Shown piece by piece: positions 10,332-20,534 of a DNA stretch of 64,000 bases (position 1 is the stretch's first letter; each line of letters opens with the position of its first letter). The notes under the pieces are model-generated. The model worked only from the letters and a program-made list of their open reading frames with translations, was not told the origin of the DNA and did not search any database. The stretch is from an uncultured delta proteobacterium (GTDB lineage: Bacteria; Desulfobacterota; WTBG01). A program made the position numbers and the translations under genes. Where the stretch lies: positions 117,722 through 181,721 of the forward strand of contig CAWCBP010000002.1 of NCBI GenBank assembly GCA_963793865.1, read 5' to 3'.

Positions 10332-10802
10332 TCATATACTCAATCTGTCCCTCTGAAAAGCAACACTATCAATATCTATATAACTATCATTGCAATAGAT
10401 TCTAAAAGGACTGAACACATCAAACGAGCTCGGAAATTCATTAATTAGGCCTGTAATGGTTACACCTTGCATGACATCATCACAACCTTCAAAACCATTA
10501 AAAGTAATCAACATTTCAAATTCACTTGAAGAATATAGATTCATCTCATACTGATTACCGGATTGAAGTATTATAAGAGAACGACAACATAAAAAGAAAC
10601 TAGAAGTTGTAGCAGTTATACTAAAATTTATTCTATCGGGACAAATGCTCCACATAGAAGAGGCGGTATTGCTAAACCATTTCATAGTCCAATTATTACT
10701 ATTACAATCTTGTGCAAAGAGAGTATGGGATAACCCAAAAGCAATGATGGGAAGAACCAGAAAAAATACTGCAAATCGTTTATTTTTAAAAATTTGTATC
10801 AT
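10332..10802 (-). CDS. hypothetical exported Cys-containing protein
   Basis: 156-aa AT-rich ORF with signal peptide and GGAG RBS. Confidence 0.55.
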   Translation of the reverse strand: MIQIFKNKRFAVFFLVLPIIAFGLSHTLFAQDCNSNNWTMKWFSNTASSMWSICPDRINFSITATTSSFFLCCRSLIILQSGNQYEMNLYSSSEFEMLITFNGFEGCDDVMQGVTITGLINEFPSSFDVFSPFRIYCNDSYIDIDSVAFQRDRLSI

Positions 10803-10820
10803 AGTACTCCGCCTCTCTCG

Positions 10821-11120
10821 CTATATTTTGGTCTGGCCACCAGGGCAAGGATTATCACTCTGTATCTTCCTGTTATCACCATCATCGAGAATACCATCAC
10901 CATCAGAATCACGCTGCCCGAAAGGTTTTCTCTCATCCCATTACGTAAGCTGTAGTGAAAACCACAGGATTGAAAAAATACCAGCGATTAAAAAGCATAC
11001 GTTCAAGATAATAAATTTTCTAAATCTATTTTCCCTCCGCTCAATAAAAACTCCCCACCCTCCCTCAAGGAACTTAATCCTTAGAGAAGATGTAGGGCTA
11101 TTTCTGCTATTGATTTTCAT
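10821..11120 (-). pseudogene. remnant of a TSP3-repeat exported protein
   Basis: GAGGTG RBS and ATG at 11120, hydrophobic segment, in-frame TAA, then DSDGDGILDDGDN...NPCPGGQTKI*. Confidence 0.45.
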
Positions 11121-11160
11121 TGTTCACCTCCACATTTCATAAATCACCTTACCTTACTAT

Positions 11161-11501
11161 CATTACAAGAAACGGGCCATTATGGTCTTGAATGCACAGC
11201 TACTGTTATTTCAACCGGTTAGCGGGATCTGACGATATGGAAGGAACTGTAAATAATCGAATCCCGTCCCTAGGGACGGGATTGAGTCCCACCACGTGGG
11301 ATTGGTCCCGTTTAACAGGACACCTACAACAGTGGGATACTAAGGGGAAGAATCAGAAATGGGTTGACAGGTTGTGCTTTTTCAAAAGCACATAGAGGCG
11401 GGTTCTGGATAGGCCGGATAACTGACAGGCTTTCTTGATGTCACCCGCGGTAAAGGTCATCAAGTCCTTTACGTATTGTCGTTCAGCATTGTCCAGGGCA
11501 A
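11161..11501. repeat. direct repeat copy B (attached to the intact activator gene)
   Basis: aligns with 6494..6840. Confidence 0.95.
11164..11325 (-). promoter_or_regulatory. sigma-54 promoter (11164..11179) plus three dyad enhancer-like sites
   Basis: minus strand TGGCCCG-TTTC-TTGTA; perfect palindrome ATCCCGTCCCTAGGGACGGGAT, then GTCCCACCACGTGGGAT and GTCCCGTTTAACAGGAC. Confidence 0.7.
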
Positions 11502-12768
11502 TTGCCCGCACATCCTTGAGCTTGAGAAATGCCCCGGAAGATTCGGCCACGGGCGTTTGGTGATCAGCCGCTACATCCATCCCAACTGAAGCACGCTCCA
11601 GCCATACGCGAATATAGGTTGGCAGGTGCTTGGGAAAGAGGGCAGGATCATTCTGTGCCGCAATAATTGCACTCTCCAAAGCATGGATTAATTCCCGCAC
11701 ATTCCCCGGCCAGCTATAGGTATCAAGGACATTGAAGAATCCCGGGTCAAATACCTTTTCGGCAATACCAAACTGCTTACACAGTTTTGCCGTGTAATAC
11801 AGTGCGAGTTCCTTGATATCCTGATAACGTTTTCTCAAGGGGGGCACCTCTATGGTGAATGAGCGGAGGCGAAAAAGCAAATCATCCCGAAACAGCCCCT
11901 GCCGCACCATGTCTTCCAGATCACGGTTGGAAGCTACTATCAGTCTGAAATTACTTCCTATTTCCTGCTGATACCCGACGGGTCGAAACCGGTGCTCCTG
12001 AATGACTCGAAGAAAGGATTTCTGAATGGAAAGCGGAAGTTCACCCACCTCATCGAGAAAGAGCGTCCCGCCATTCGCCTGTTTGATGAGACCATCGCGC
12101 GATTTTACCGCCCCGGTATAAGATCCTTTTTCATAACCGAACAGCATGCTCTCCACCAGCTGACCGGGAATTGCCGTACAATCAACTATCACAAAATTAT
12201 TTTCTGCGCGCAGACTGTGATAATGAATGGCACGCGCAAAAAGTTCTTTGCCGGTGCCGGTCTCACCTTTAATGAACACATTAGCCTCGGTTTTTGCAAC
12301 GCTGGCCACCAGGTATTTGCAGAATTTTATGGGGGGGCTGCTCCCTATAATACCTTCAAAATGTTTTTCTTCCAGAAGCGGCACATCACGACTACCCGCC
12401 TTTTTCTGCCGGTAGTGCAGAATATTAATTATCAGCAGCGTTATCTCGTTTGTGGAAAATTGCTTTTTTAGGTAACACCACGCGCCTTTTTCAATCGCAA
12501 CCTTTGCGTCCTCAGGCGTCCTGAAATCAGTGATTATAATGACCTCGGGGGGTGACGGGTTCTCAAGGATCTCTGATAACACATCCAGCCCGTTACCGTC
12601 GGGCATCTGCACTTCCAGAAATACGATATCAAAATTCCGCGCGCTCAATTCTTGAAGCCCGCCCTTAAGCGTGTCAGTGCAGATGATCTCATGTCCCATG
12701 CCCCGAATGATACCGGACAATGAATTGCAAAATATTTTGTTTTCTACAATAATGAGAATGTCTGACAT
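11353..12768 (-). CDS. NtrC-family sigma-54-dependent response regulator (REC-AAA+-HTH)
   Basis: GETGTGKE, ESMLFGYEKGSYTGA, LFLDEVGE, WPGNVREL, C-terminal HTH; the phospho-acceptor position reads FLE-VQMP rather than LD. Confidence 0.95.
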   Translation of the reverse strand: MSDILIIVENKIFCNSLSGIIRGMGHEIICTDTLKGGLQELSARNFDIVFLEVQMPDGNGLDVLSEILENPSPPEVIIITDFRTPEDAKVAIEKGAWCYLKKQFSTNEITLLIINILHYRQKKAGSRDVPLLEEKHFEGIIGSSPPIKFCKYLVASVAKTEANVFIKGETGTGKELFARAIHYHSLRAENNFVIVDCTAIPGQLVESMLFGYEKGSYTGAVKSRDGLIKQANGGTLFLDEVGELPLSIQKSFLRVIQEHRFRPVGYQQEIGSNFRLIVASNRDLEDMVRQGLFRDDLLFRLRSFTIEVPPLRKRYQDIKELALYYTAKLCKQFGIAEKVFDPGFFNVLDTYSWPGNVRELIHALESAIIAAQNDPALFPKHLPTYIRVWLERASVGMDVAADHQTPVAESSGAFLKLKDVRAIALDNAERQYVKDLMTFTAGDIKKACQLSGLSRTRLYVLLKKHNLSTHF

Positions 12769-13297
12769 GGCTTTATCGAGGTATTACTTATAGCAGAAAC
12801 AAGAACCGGCTCTAGCAGGTCAATAATTCGGTACCGTTTGGGAGTTTGTCAAAAAATGTCGATTGTTGTCAGATGTCTAACCTTTTCACTAGTCTCATTC
12901 AGGTTTATACAAAATTTTTAAGAAAAAATCAACTCAATAAGGGGTGTGATTCGGGATAAAAATGAAAGGACAAAGCAGAGGTAATTCTCAAGTGTGAGGT
13001 TTATCATCTGTTCTTGACGGGATCGAAAAAATCTTTGTGTCCGATGCATCTCATCTTGTTCACCACCATACATCACACGCTTTTGAAAGGTTATTAACCG
13101 TTTCCCGGTATTTTTTTCAGAGTTTGCAACGACTGATATAATTTGATATGCTATATATACCGTTGATTCGAGAAACTGAGGGCAGCAGTAAACCGAAGTC
13201 GTAAAAGCGCTTTCACCAGGCAGTCTGGATTGTTTTTCTTATCGCATGGGGTTTTAAGTAAAGCAATGGTGCTAACCATTCCTTAAGGGAGAAAAAG

Positions 13298-14854
13298 ATG
13301 GAACGGGATGCCACATGGCCGTTATTTCGCCTCGTTATTCCAGCCTTTCCCGAAGTAAACATTTTCAGCCGGGTGGCAAAAAAAACAACCGCCCTGGGAC
13401 CGGTCATGGTGGCCACCGCCGCCAGCAAGCTCTGGGGTTGGAGGGTTGAGGTCATTGATGAAAACAACTGCGCGGGAGCTCCCCTGGACGAAAACGGTTT
13501 TCCTGACCACCGCGCGCTGCAGGAAGAAAGGCCGGCTGACGTGGTTGGCTTTTACTGCGGGCTCTCCAGCACGATTGAACGTGTGTGGCGATTGGCAGCA
13601 TTTTACAAGGCTGAAGGCACGACCACGATAGCCGGGGGCTGGCACACGCATTATGCCCCGGAGGAATCACTGCGCAAGGGCATTGATATCGTTGTGCACG
13701 GTGATGGGGAGATGGTTATTCGCCGGGTGCTCGAGCTGCTCAGAGATGGGAAAACCATCGGGCAGGTTTGCGGCATATCTTTTTTAGACAGTCAGGGTGT
13801 TTGTAAAACCAATCCTCCGGAGACGCAGGATGAAACATACTTAAACTCACTGCCCTACCCGGATTTTGGCTTGCTCAGGTTTGCCACAATAAAAATATAT
13901 CCCATCGGCCGCATCAGAGGGTGCAGCCGGAAATGTGAATTTTGCAGTGTCAAAGGAAAGCCGCGCTGGGCGACCGGCCAATTCCTTTTCGATCAGGTGC
14001 AGTGGCTGGTGGAAACCAGAAAAGCGCGCAGTTTCTTTATCGTTGATGATCGCCTGGAAGAAGACAGGAAGGGCGCCCTGTTCTTCTTCGAGAAGATTGC
14101 TCAAGCCTATGGGCGATCACTTGATTTTACCGTGCAGGCAAGACTGGAGGCTGCTGAGGATCAGGAGCTGTTGACGGCGATGAGAAAAGCGGGTGTCTCG
14201 GTAACCTGCATCGGCTATGAATCGCCTATTGACGAAGAGCTGCAGGATATGCGCAAGGGCTATAGTTCGCGCGACATGTTGCGCTGGACGAACATGTACC
14301 ATCGTCTCGGGTTTCTTATTCACGCCATGTTCATTTGGGGATATCCGTCTAAAAATATATCGGCATCCCGGCTCGGGCCGCACGAGCGAACCAGGCGGTT
14401 TCACCGGTTCATCCGGCAGGCCCGGCTGGATACGGTTCAAATCCTGCGGGCAATTCCATTAATCGGTACGGAGCTGCGGGCCAGATTAGAAAAAGAGAAC
14501 AGAGTGTTTCCCCTGGATGTGGTTTCCTGGGAGAAATATGACGGGAGCTATGTGTGTTTTCAGCCGGATGATATGAGCCTGCGCGAACTGCAGGAGATGC
14601 CGACAAAATTAATGAAGAAATTTTATGATCCCATGAGCTTCGTCAGGATCGCTTTAAAAACAGTCGCTTTTCCTTTCGATTACCTGGTCAGGGGGTGGGA
14701 CACGTGGCATCGAAGCTGGCGCAATGAGCTCAGGAAGTATGGTGGACATCTCTTCATCAAGGGATGGCTCAAACGCTATCACAAAGACAATTTCATTGAA
14801 AAAATAGAGAACATGCATCGGTTGCGAGACCGGAAACAAGGCAACGTGCGATAA
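13298..14854 (+). CDS. cobalamin-binding radical SAM protein
   Basis: N-terminal B12-binding-like domain (TIAGGWH, DIVVHGDGE), CxxxCxxC (CSRKCEFC), IGYES. Confidence 0.9.
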   Translation: MERDATWPLFRLVIPAFPEVNIFSRVAKKTTALGPVMVATAASKLWGWRVEVIDENNCAGAPLDENGFPDHRALQEERPADVVGFYCGLSSTIERVWRLAAFYKAEGTTTIAGGWHTHYAPEESLRKGIDIVVHGDGEMVIRRVLELLRDGKTIGQVCGISFLDSQGVCKTNPPETQDETYLNSLPYPDFGLLRFATIKIYPIGRIRGCSRKCEFCSVKGKPRWATGQFLFDQVQWLVETRKARSFFIVDDRLEEDRKGALFFFEKIAQAYGRSLDFTVQARLEAAEDQELLTAMRKAGVSVTCIGYESPIDEELQDMRKGYSSRDMLRWTNMYHRLGFLIHAMFIWGYPSKNISASRLGPHERTRRFHRFIRQARLDTVQILRAIPLIGTELRARLEKENRVFPLDVVSWEKYDGSYVCFQPDDMSLRELQEMPTKLMKKFYDPMSFVRIALKTVAFPFDYLVRGWDTWHRSWRNELRKYGGHLFIKGWLKRYHKDNFIEKIENMHRLRDRKQGNVR

Positions 14855-15017
14855 AGAATGGCAATGGACCTCTGGTGGGGCCGGGAGATAGGTTACCCCG
14901 GGACCGGCAGGGCGGAGTTAAAATTCTTTTCTCTTAGAGGACGAAAGGATTCCCAATTCATCTTGATATTTGGCTATCGTTCTTCGGCCGACAGGTGATT
15001 GTGGGCCAATCACTTTC

Positions 15018-15173
15018 TTATTTTTTGTAACAATCGAGGCAAAAAAGCTTTTTATCGACAGGGGGCGGAACCTCCATCATAACTTCTTTTTCACAACCCG
15101 CGCAGACCACCTTATATAATCTTTTGAACTTGGGTCGTGTTGATCTTCCTCTCACAGTCCTTTTTCTCATCAT
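15018..15173 (-). CDS. CxxC-x17-CxxC zinc-ribbon small protein (51 aa)
   Basis: Not in the ORF track. MMRKRTVRGRSTRPKFKRLYKVVCAGCEKEVMMEVPPPVDKKLFCLDCYKK*; GGAGG RBS; Cys spacing exactly 2-17-2. Confidence 0.85.
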   Translation of the reverse strand: MMRKRTVRGRSTRPKFKRLYKVVCAGCEKEVMMEVPPPVDKKLFCLDCYKK

Positions 15174-15305
15174 CGCCTCCAGTTACACGTTTCAGGGCTT
15201 TCAATGTTCATGCGGAACAGTAATCCTCCGCGCATTTTCATCACTCATGCATACCTGCGAATTGCCTGTTCTCTTAGCCGATGTTGTACCCCGTGCCATC
15301 AATAG

Positions 15306-15345
15306 AAAAAGCCCCCAGGATCTCAGAAAAGATCCGGGGGCTTTA
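15306..15345 (-). terminator. GC-rich hairpin with U-tract (terminator or leader attenuator)
   Basis: minus strand AAAGCCCCCGGATCT-TTTCTG-AGATCCTGGGGGCTTTTT. Confidence 0.65.
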
Positions 15346-15469
15346 AAAGTGCTAAAACACGGGGATTCCTAAGGTGCTTATGTATTTATATCAAGCTTGC
15401 ATGAAAAGCAAGGAATAAATGGGAAAGCAGCATACGGTTGATCTCGCGGCCCAAGCGCGTTGCATCGCT

Positions 15470-16057
15470 CTAACATGTACGCTTGAGCATTTTCCCCAGC
15501 TTCTGTCCCGCCTCCCCTGCACGCTTCATCACCTCAGGCATGTCATCAACGTCATTCATGCCGATAGCCTCGGCAATTTCAGCGGCAAGCTGCATCTTGT
15601 TGATACCATCCACAAATATTTTAAGCGTCTCTTTTGTCCTCTCGTGGCCCGATCCGGCGACCGTGGTGACGGTGACTGCCGGTTTGCCCGCAAGCGGCCG
15701 TTTCCCCAGCACCGGTAAATCCGGGCTGTAGTCAGGCCCGACGCCGCGGTAAAATATGGGCATGCTCCTGTCAATGAAGCACTTGATCGCCCCGGAAATA
15801 TCCATGTAATAGGTGGGGGAACCGATGATGAGCGCGTCGGCTTTCATCAGCTTGTCGCAGAGGGGATTCATGTCGTCATTAATAATGCAGGTCCCCTCGT
15901 TCATGATGCACTCCCCGCAGCCGGTGCAGGGCTTGATTTCCATTCCGGCAAGATCTATGACTTCAAAGTCATACCCCGAGGCTTCCGCAACCTTTTTTAC
16001 CAGCTTGTTGGTGTTGCTCTCCTTTCTGAGACTTCCGCAGACCGCTATGATTGCCAT
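15470..16057 (-). CDS. iron-sulfur flavoprotein / NADPH-dependent FMN reductase family
   Basis: GSLRKESNT, CTGCGEC-x5-C, DDM, GSPTY. Confidence 0.9.
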   Translation of the reverse strand: MAIIAVCGSLRKESNTNKLVKKVAEASGYDFEVIDLAGMEIKPCTGCGECIMNEGTCIINDDMNPLCDKLMKADALIIGSPTYYMDISGAIKCFIDRSMPIFYRGVGPDYSPDLPVLGKRPLAGKPAVTVTTVAGSGHERTKETLKIFVDGINKMQLAAEIAEAIGMNDVDDMPEVMKRAGEAGQKLGKMLKRTC

Positions 16058-16141
16058 GGTAAATACCTCCTGTTAGATGAGATGTATCATGAGTGTTCAA
16101 AACAAGATAATTATTCATTGATTTCATTAAACTTTTTATAT

Positions 16142-16187
16142 GAGATTGCTTCGTCGTCCCGCCGAGGCTGGACTCCTCGCAACGACA
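16142..16187. repeat. GAGATTGCTTCGTCG...CTCCTCGCAA(C/T)GAC palindromic repeat family
   Basis: related copies at 26461-26635 (three units), 59078-59150 and 51453-51479. Confidence 0.75.
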
Positions 16188-16319
16188 GGTCTATTGTCTA
16201 TTCTATAAACAATCGCGGCTACAGCCGCTCCAACCGGATAAACGCAATTTCCTACCTGAATTGCGCGAAATACTCGGAAGAACAGATTGCAATTATCAAT
16301 GGCCTTGCCTGGCGCCCGG

Positions 16320-17639
16320 CTAAAATAACAGCCGGGTTGCTACATAGATCAGCAGGCCGACCAGCCCCCCGATGACCGTACCGTTGATGCGGATAAACTG
16401 CAGGTCACTGCCGATGGCTATTTCCGTTTGCTGTATCAGCGTGCCGGTATCCCAGCCGCTCACCTCGCGGTTGATGAAGGCGCTGATGGCGCGGGGATGC
16501 CTTCTCATGATGCCGGTCAGTATATCACGCATCAGCCGGTTCATCTTATCGCGCACGCCCGCGTCCTGCAGCAGCCCCCGGCAGAGCACCCGCATCGCCT
16601 CAGCCAGCCCGCTTTTCAGCCGTGAGCTTTGACTCAGCACATCGCGACCGATCACCGGCTTGATTTCATTCCAGGCATTGTCAAGGTAGGCAAGAAAATC
16701 CTCGTTGTCCAAAATGGAATCGCGCAGTGCCTCAACCTTCTTTTTATATTCGGGAGATGACTTCAGCTGTTCGATCAGCTCCTCATTTTTCCCCTTCAGC
16801 TCCGCGCGCAGCCTGTGATTGTGGTCCTTGAGGCTCTCCAGCTCCTCTTCGACAGAGGTGATGATCTTGTCGTAAATGGTGTAGTCAACCCCGAATATCT
16901 TCATGTACCAGGGGCTGCGCTCGCTGATTTTTTCCCTGATGTAGGGCCTGGCCTTGCGGAACAGCCCGGTCGCAATTTTCAGCGCGCTGTCGAAGTGCCC
17001 CTGGAGCCTGTCCTCGGCAGTAAGTGCCGCCAGAAGGTTGCCGAGCATCGGAGCCAGGTCAACTGAGCGAACGCCGGAGACGATGTTTTCCCGTACGAAC
17101 CGCCGGATGTCCTTGTCGTCAATGGCATTTAAGACATGAGGGATGACCAGGCACAGTTCATCGATCACAAAGGTGTTTTCATTAAACCATTCCGCGATTT
17201 CCCTGGTCAGGTCCTTGGAGCGCAGCTTCCCATCGATGGTGTCGGCGGAAAAAAAATTGAGCTCGACAAAGTCCCCGATGTTTTCCCCGATGCGCGCCTG
17301 ATTGTTGGGTATGATGGCCGTGTGGGGCAGGCGGATTCCCAGGGGATACCTGAAGAGGGCGGTAACCGCGAACCAGTCGGCAAGGGCCCCGACCATCGCC
17401 GCCTCGGTAAAGGCTCGAAAGTAGCCCAGCCAGGGATACGCGCTCTCAAAATATTTAAAAAAGCAGTAGCAGACCAGCATCAGGAGAAACAGCGATGTGG
17501 CAAATAATTTCGTTCTCTTGAAATCACCGTACTTTTTTTGCTGATCGGCGGTAAGGAACCTGCCCGGCATCATCATGGCCCCGGGACTTGCTGCCCCTGA
17601 GGCGGCCCGCTTCACATCACTGGCTGTTTCTTCCGGCAT
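16320..17639 (-). CDS. DUF445 family membrane protein
   Basis: EAAMVGALADWFAVTALFR, HTAIIP and DLQFIRINGTVIGGLVG motifs. Confidence 0.93.
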   Translation of the reverse strand: MPEETASDVKRAASGAASPGAMMMPGRFLTADQQKKYGDFKRTKLFATSLFLLMLVCYCFFKYFESAYPWLGYFRAFTEAAMVGALADWFAVTALFRYPLGIRLPHTAIIPNNQARIGENIGDFVELNFFSADTIDGKLRSKDLTREIAEWFNENTFVIDELCLVIPHVLNAIDDKDIRRFVRENIVSGVRSVDLAPMLGNLLAALTAEDRLQGHFDSALKIATGLFRKARPYIREKISERSPWYMKIFGVDYTIYDKIITSVEEELESLKDHNHRLRAELKGKNEELIEQLKSSPEYKKKVEALRDSILDNEDFLAYLDNAWNEIKPVIGRDVLSQSSRLKSGLAEAMRVLCRGLLQDAGVRDKMNRLMRDILTGIMRRHPRAISAFINREVSGWDTGTLIQQTEIAIGSDLQFIRINGTVIGGLVGLLIYVATRLLF

Positions 17640-17669
17640 AACTTGTTCACTCCCGGTATGTGAGTTTGG

Positions 17670-18587
17670 CTATCCCCGGTTGCGCCCGGCAAGCCACTCG
17701 GCCACTGCATTCACCTTGGCGCGCAGGTTCAGAATAAAGGGCCGGCGCTTCTGGATGTGGTGCGGCTGCGCGTCGTATTCCTCCGCCGTTATGCGCTCGA
17801 CTACTTTCCCCTGGTCCCCCCCGTACAGATCGAGATATTCCCGGATCATGTCTTTATAGGCAACCGCCGCGGCGGCGGCTTCAAACAGGTATCGCTCCAC
17901 CTCATCGCCGGTAAGAATGCCGCTGTGGGGCATGCAGATCGCCCGGGGCTTCAGATTGCGGATCTTTTCAATGGAGGCGATGTAGTCTTCATAGCTCACC
18001 AGGTAGGGGCTGTGAATGAACCCGTGCTCCAGCGCTCCGGCCGCATCGCCGATAAAGGCAATGCCGGAATCAGGAAAATAGTAGCTCAGGCTGTCGCGGG
18101 TGTGGCCGTTGGTCTCAATCACCCGGCACTCGCGGCCTCCCTCAAGCCTGATGGAGTCGCCGTCCTTGAGCCGGAAGGTGACCGTGACCGGGCCAAACGA
18201 GACATCCTCCCCGGCGATCTCGGCCTGCACGCCTTTCTCGTACTCCTCGTTCAGCCTGCGGATAAGCTCAACGGCATTGGGACGCATAAGCACGTCGGCG
18301 CAGCGCTCGCTCGCCGCCACGCGCGCCGTTGGCAGATTGCGCAGCAGATAGGGCACGGACCCACAGTGGTCAAAGTGGGAGTGCGACAGGGCGATGATGA
18401 GATTGTGGGTATTGCGCTTGTTGTCACGCATCCGTTTCAGGCAGAGCGGACCGAACACCGACACCCCCGGATCGAAGAGTATGGAGGGGGTGCTGGTGCA
18501 AAAAACGGCAGTCATGTGGCCGCCGCCAATGCAGATGAAATCTTCATGTTTCTGGGCGAATTCAAAGGTAAGGTATTTCTGGGGCAT
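17670..18587 (-). CDS. MBL-fold metallo-hydrolase
   Basis: SHSHFDHCG, GHT, GD and PH motifs. Confidence 0.9.
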   Translation of the reverse strand: MPQKYLTFEFAQKHEDFICIGGGHMTAVFCTSTPSILFDPGVSVFGPLCLKRMRDNKRNTHNLIIALSHSHFDHCGSVPYLLRNLPTARVAASERCADVLMRPNAVELIRRLNEEYEKGVQAEIAGEDVSFGPVTVTFRLKDGDSIRLEGGRECRVIETNGHTRDSLSYYFPDSGIAFIGDAAGALEHGFIHSPYLVSYEDYIASIEKIRNLKPRAICMPHSGILTGDEVERYLFEAAAAAVAYKDMIREYLDLYGGDQGKVVERITAEEYDAQPHHIQKRRPFILNLRAKVNAVAEWLAGRNRG

Positions 18588-18636
18588 GCGGGGATTGTAC
18601 CTCAGGTTGGAAGGAGATGTATAGAAAATTCAATGG

Positions 18637-18965
18637 GCAGGATGCATGATACACGATACAGGATACAGGATGCATGATACAAAAATTGCCATAATGCGTA
18701 GTCGCAAGCTTTAGCTTGCGGTTTTTATCCTTTGATCCGCGCAACCATTAATACGTGCCTTCCGTTACATATTTCCGCAGGCTGAAACCTGCGCCTACAT
18801 TGTTCAGGGTACCTCTAAAAATTCACCTTACGACCGTTCGTGGCCGCGAATCATATTTGGACACAACGGAGTGCGTCCCTTCCAAGCCGGCTTTCGTAAC
18901 CATCACTCCAATACTCCACTACTCCATCAGCCAAACTGCATTCCGCAATCCGAAATTCCAAATAC
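18637..18965. repeat. composite intergenic repeat mosaic (GATACAG heptamers, GTAG-REP doublet 18698-18798, GGACxCAACGGAGTGCGTCCC unit, TACTCC octamers, AATCCGA heptamers)
   Basis: each unit recurs elsewhere in the window. Confidence 0.85.
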
Positions 18966-18975
18966 CCCCTTCCCT

Positions 18976-19314
18976 CTATTTCCTCACCACCGCCGACAGA
19001 AATCCATTCACCAGGGACAGGATGATGCTGAAGGCCATCGCCCACCAGAAGCTGTCGACTTTAAAGTCCGGCACAATGGCGGACACCAGCAAAATTAAAA
19101 GCGCGTTGAGCACGAAGGTAAACAGGCCAAGCGTCAGGATATTCACCGGCAGGGTCAGTATCAGAAGCACCGGCCTTAAGAAGGTATTAATAATTCCGAT
19201 ACACATGGCTGTGACAACGGTCGGGAAAATTCCCGGCACCGATACTCCCGGCAAAATATAGGCGGTAATGAAGACCGCGAAGGAAAGAATGATCCAGGAT
19301 ATGAGAAGCTGCAT
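18976..19314 (-). CDS. 4-TM YvlD/DUF360 (phage holin family 4_2) membrane protein
   Basis: RPVLLILTLPVNILTLGLFTFVLNAL motif. Confidence 0.9.
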   Translation of the reverse strand: MQLLISWIILSFAVFITAYILPGVSVPGIFPTVVTAMCIGIINTFLRPVLLILTLPVNILTLGLFTFVLNALLILLVSAIVPDFKVDSFWWAMAFSIILSLVNGFLSAVVRK

Positions 19315-19334
19315 GAGTTGAAGTCTCCTATAAG

Positions 19335-19592
19335 GTTCAGGGTGCAGGGGTCAGGGTGCAGGGTCAGAAGAGAAGCCTACAGTTTACAGTTGACAGGTAA
19401 CAAATATTGGAGTGATGGAGTAGTGGAGTATTGGGTAAAGACAACAACTAATGATCGGAAATGACGCATAGCGTCCCTCCACAGACAGATGGTAATAACC
19501 ATTACTCCAGCACTCCATTACTCCATCGTTCCGCCGCTCCCCTTCTCCCCTGTGCGCTTTCATCCTGTCCCCTGCTGCTTCACCCCTCACCC
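19335..19592. repeat. nested inverted mosaic of CAGGG(G/T)T, GTT(G/T)ACA and GGAGT short tandem repeats
   Basis: arrays at the left end are mirrored by their reverse complements at the right end. Confidence 0.8.
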
Positions 19593-20534
19593 TCCTGTTA
19601 CCAGCCCCACACCGGCGTCAAACGCCTTCTTCAGCTGATCGGGATGTTTCAGCACGACACCTTTTTTGTTTGCATCCAATCCATGCGACATGCCCTCGAA
19701 TCCGCATGCGGAAAGCGCCTCCGCCGTCTCAATTCCGTGGAGCTTCAGGATCACCATAATATTCTGCATGACAAAATCATAGGTGTCATCATAGGGATAT
19801 CCCCAGGTGCCGATGACCATCGCCCGCCGGCCCGGCTTCAGGCTGGGCTGGAACTTGAAGCGTTCAAAACAGTCCCAGCGGTCCAGAAAAGTTGAAAGCT
19901 GGGCGCACTCCCGGCCGGTATAAATGGGAAAGCCGATAACGATGGCATCTGAATCGATTACCCTCTGATAGATGCCGGTCATGTCGTCTTTGACAAGACA
20001 CATACCCTCATAGCCCTGGTCTTTGCATTTCCTGCAGCCAAGGCAGAATCCCATTTTTATCTCCTGCAGCATGATCTTCTCGCCCTGAGCGCCGGCGCTT
20101 CTCACCCCTTTCAGCACTTCTTCAACAAGAATATCTGTATTCCCGTTCTTTCGCGGGCTGGCACAAAAGGCGATGACCTTCATGTCCCGGGGGGCCTTTG
20201 CCGGCTTGCCCAGTGCGGGATGCTCCCAGCGCTTTACCAGAACGCGCCGGGCATTGTCCGCCTCTTTGCTGTCGTAGGTGTCAAGCACCACACTTTTATA
20301 CTCCGCCATGTTTTCCCACATTTGAAACAGGGGATCATAGCCCTTATCTACAACATATTTTGCAGCCTTGATGGCCAGGTCACGCCCGGCCTCTTTCACA
20401 CGCTCTGCCGTCATGAGTAGGGAAATGATGTCCATGAGCTTTTCCTCCCGCCCCTTCTTCATCATGGCGGGGGTGAACTGCAGCAGTTGATCCACAATCG
20501 CTTGTCCTTCCGGGCTTATTGCAGGCCTTTGCAT
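19587..20534 (-). CDS. iron-sulfur flavoprotein family protein with ~110-aa N-terminal extension
   Basis: ASPRKNGNT, CLGCRKC-x8-C, GFPIYTG; paralogue at 58112..59059. Confidence 0.88.
   Translation of the reverse strand: MQRPAISPEGQAIVDQLLQFTPAMMKKGREEKLMDIISLLMTAERVKEAGRDLAIKAAKYVVDKGYDPLFQMWENMAEYKSVVLDTYDSKEADNARRVLVKRWEHPALGKPAKAPRDMKVIAFCASPRKNGNTDILVEEVLKGVRSAGAQGEKIMLQEIKMGFCLGCRKCKDQGYEGMCLVKDDMTGIYQRVIDSDAIVIGFPIYTGRECAQLSTFLDRWDCFERFKFQPSLKPGRRAMVIGTWGYPYDDTYDFVMQNIMVILKLHGIETAEALSACGFEGMSHGLDANKKGVVLKHPDQLKKAFDAGVGLVTGG

Noticed and set aside
18976..19314. Holin-family gene as evidence of a prophage
   Set aside because: This family is commonly chromosomal, and no phage structural, terminase or integrase genes are recognisable.
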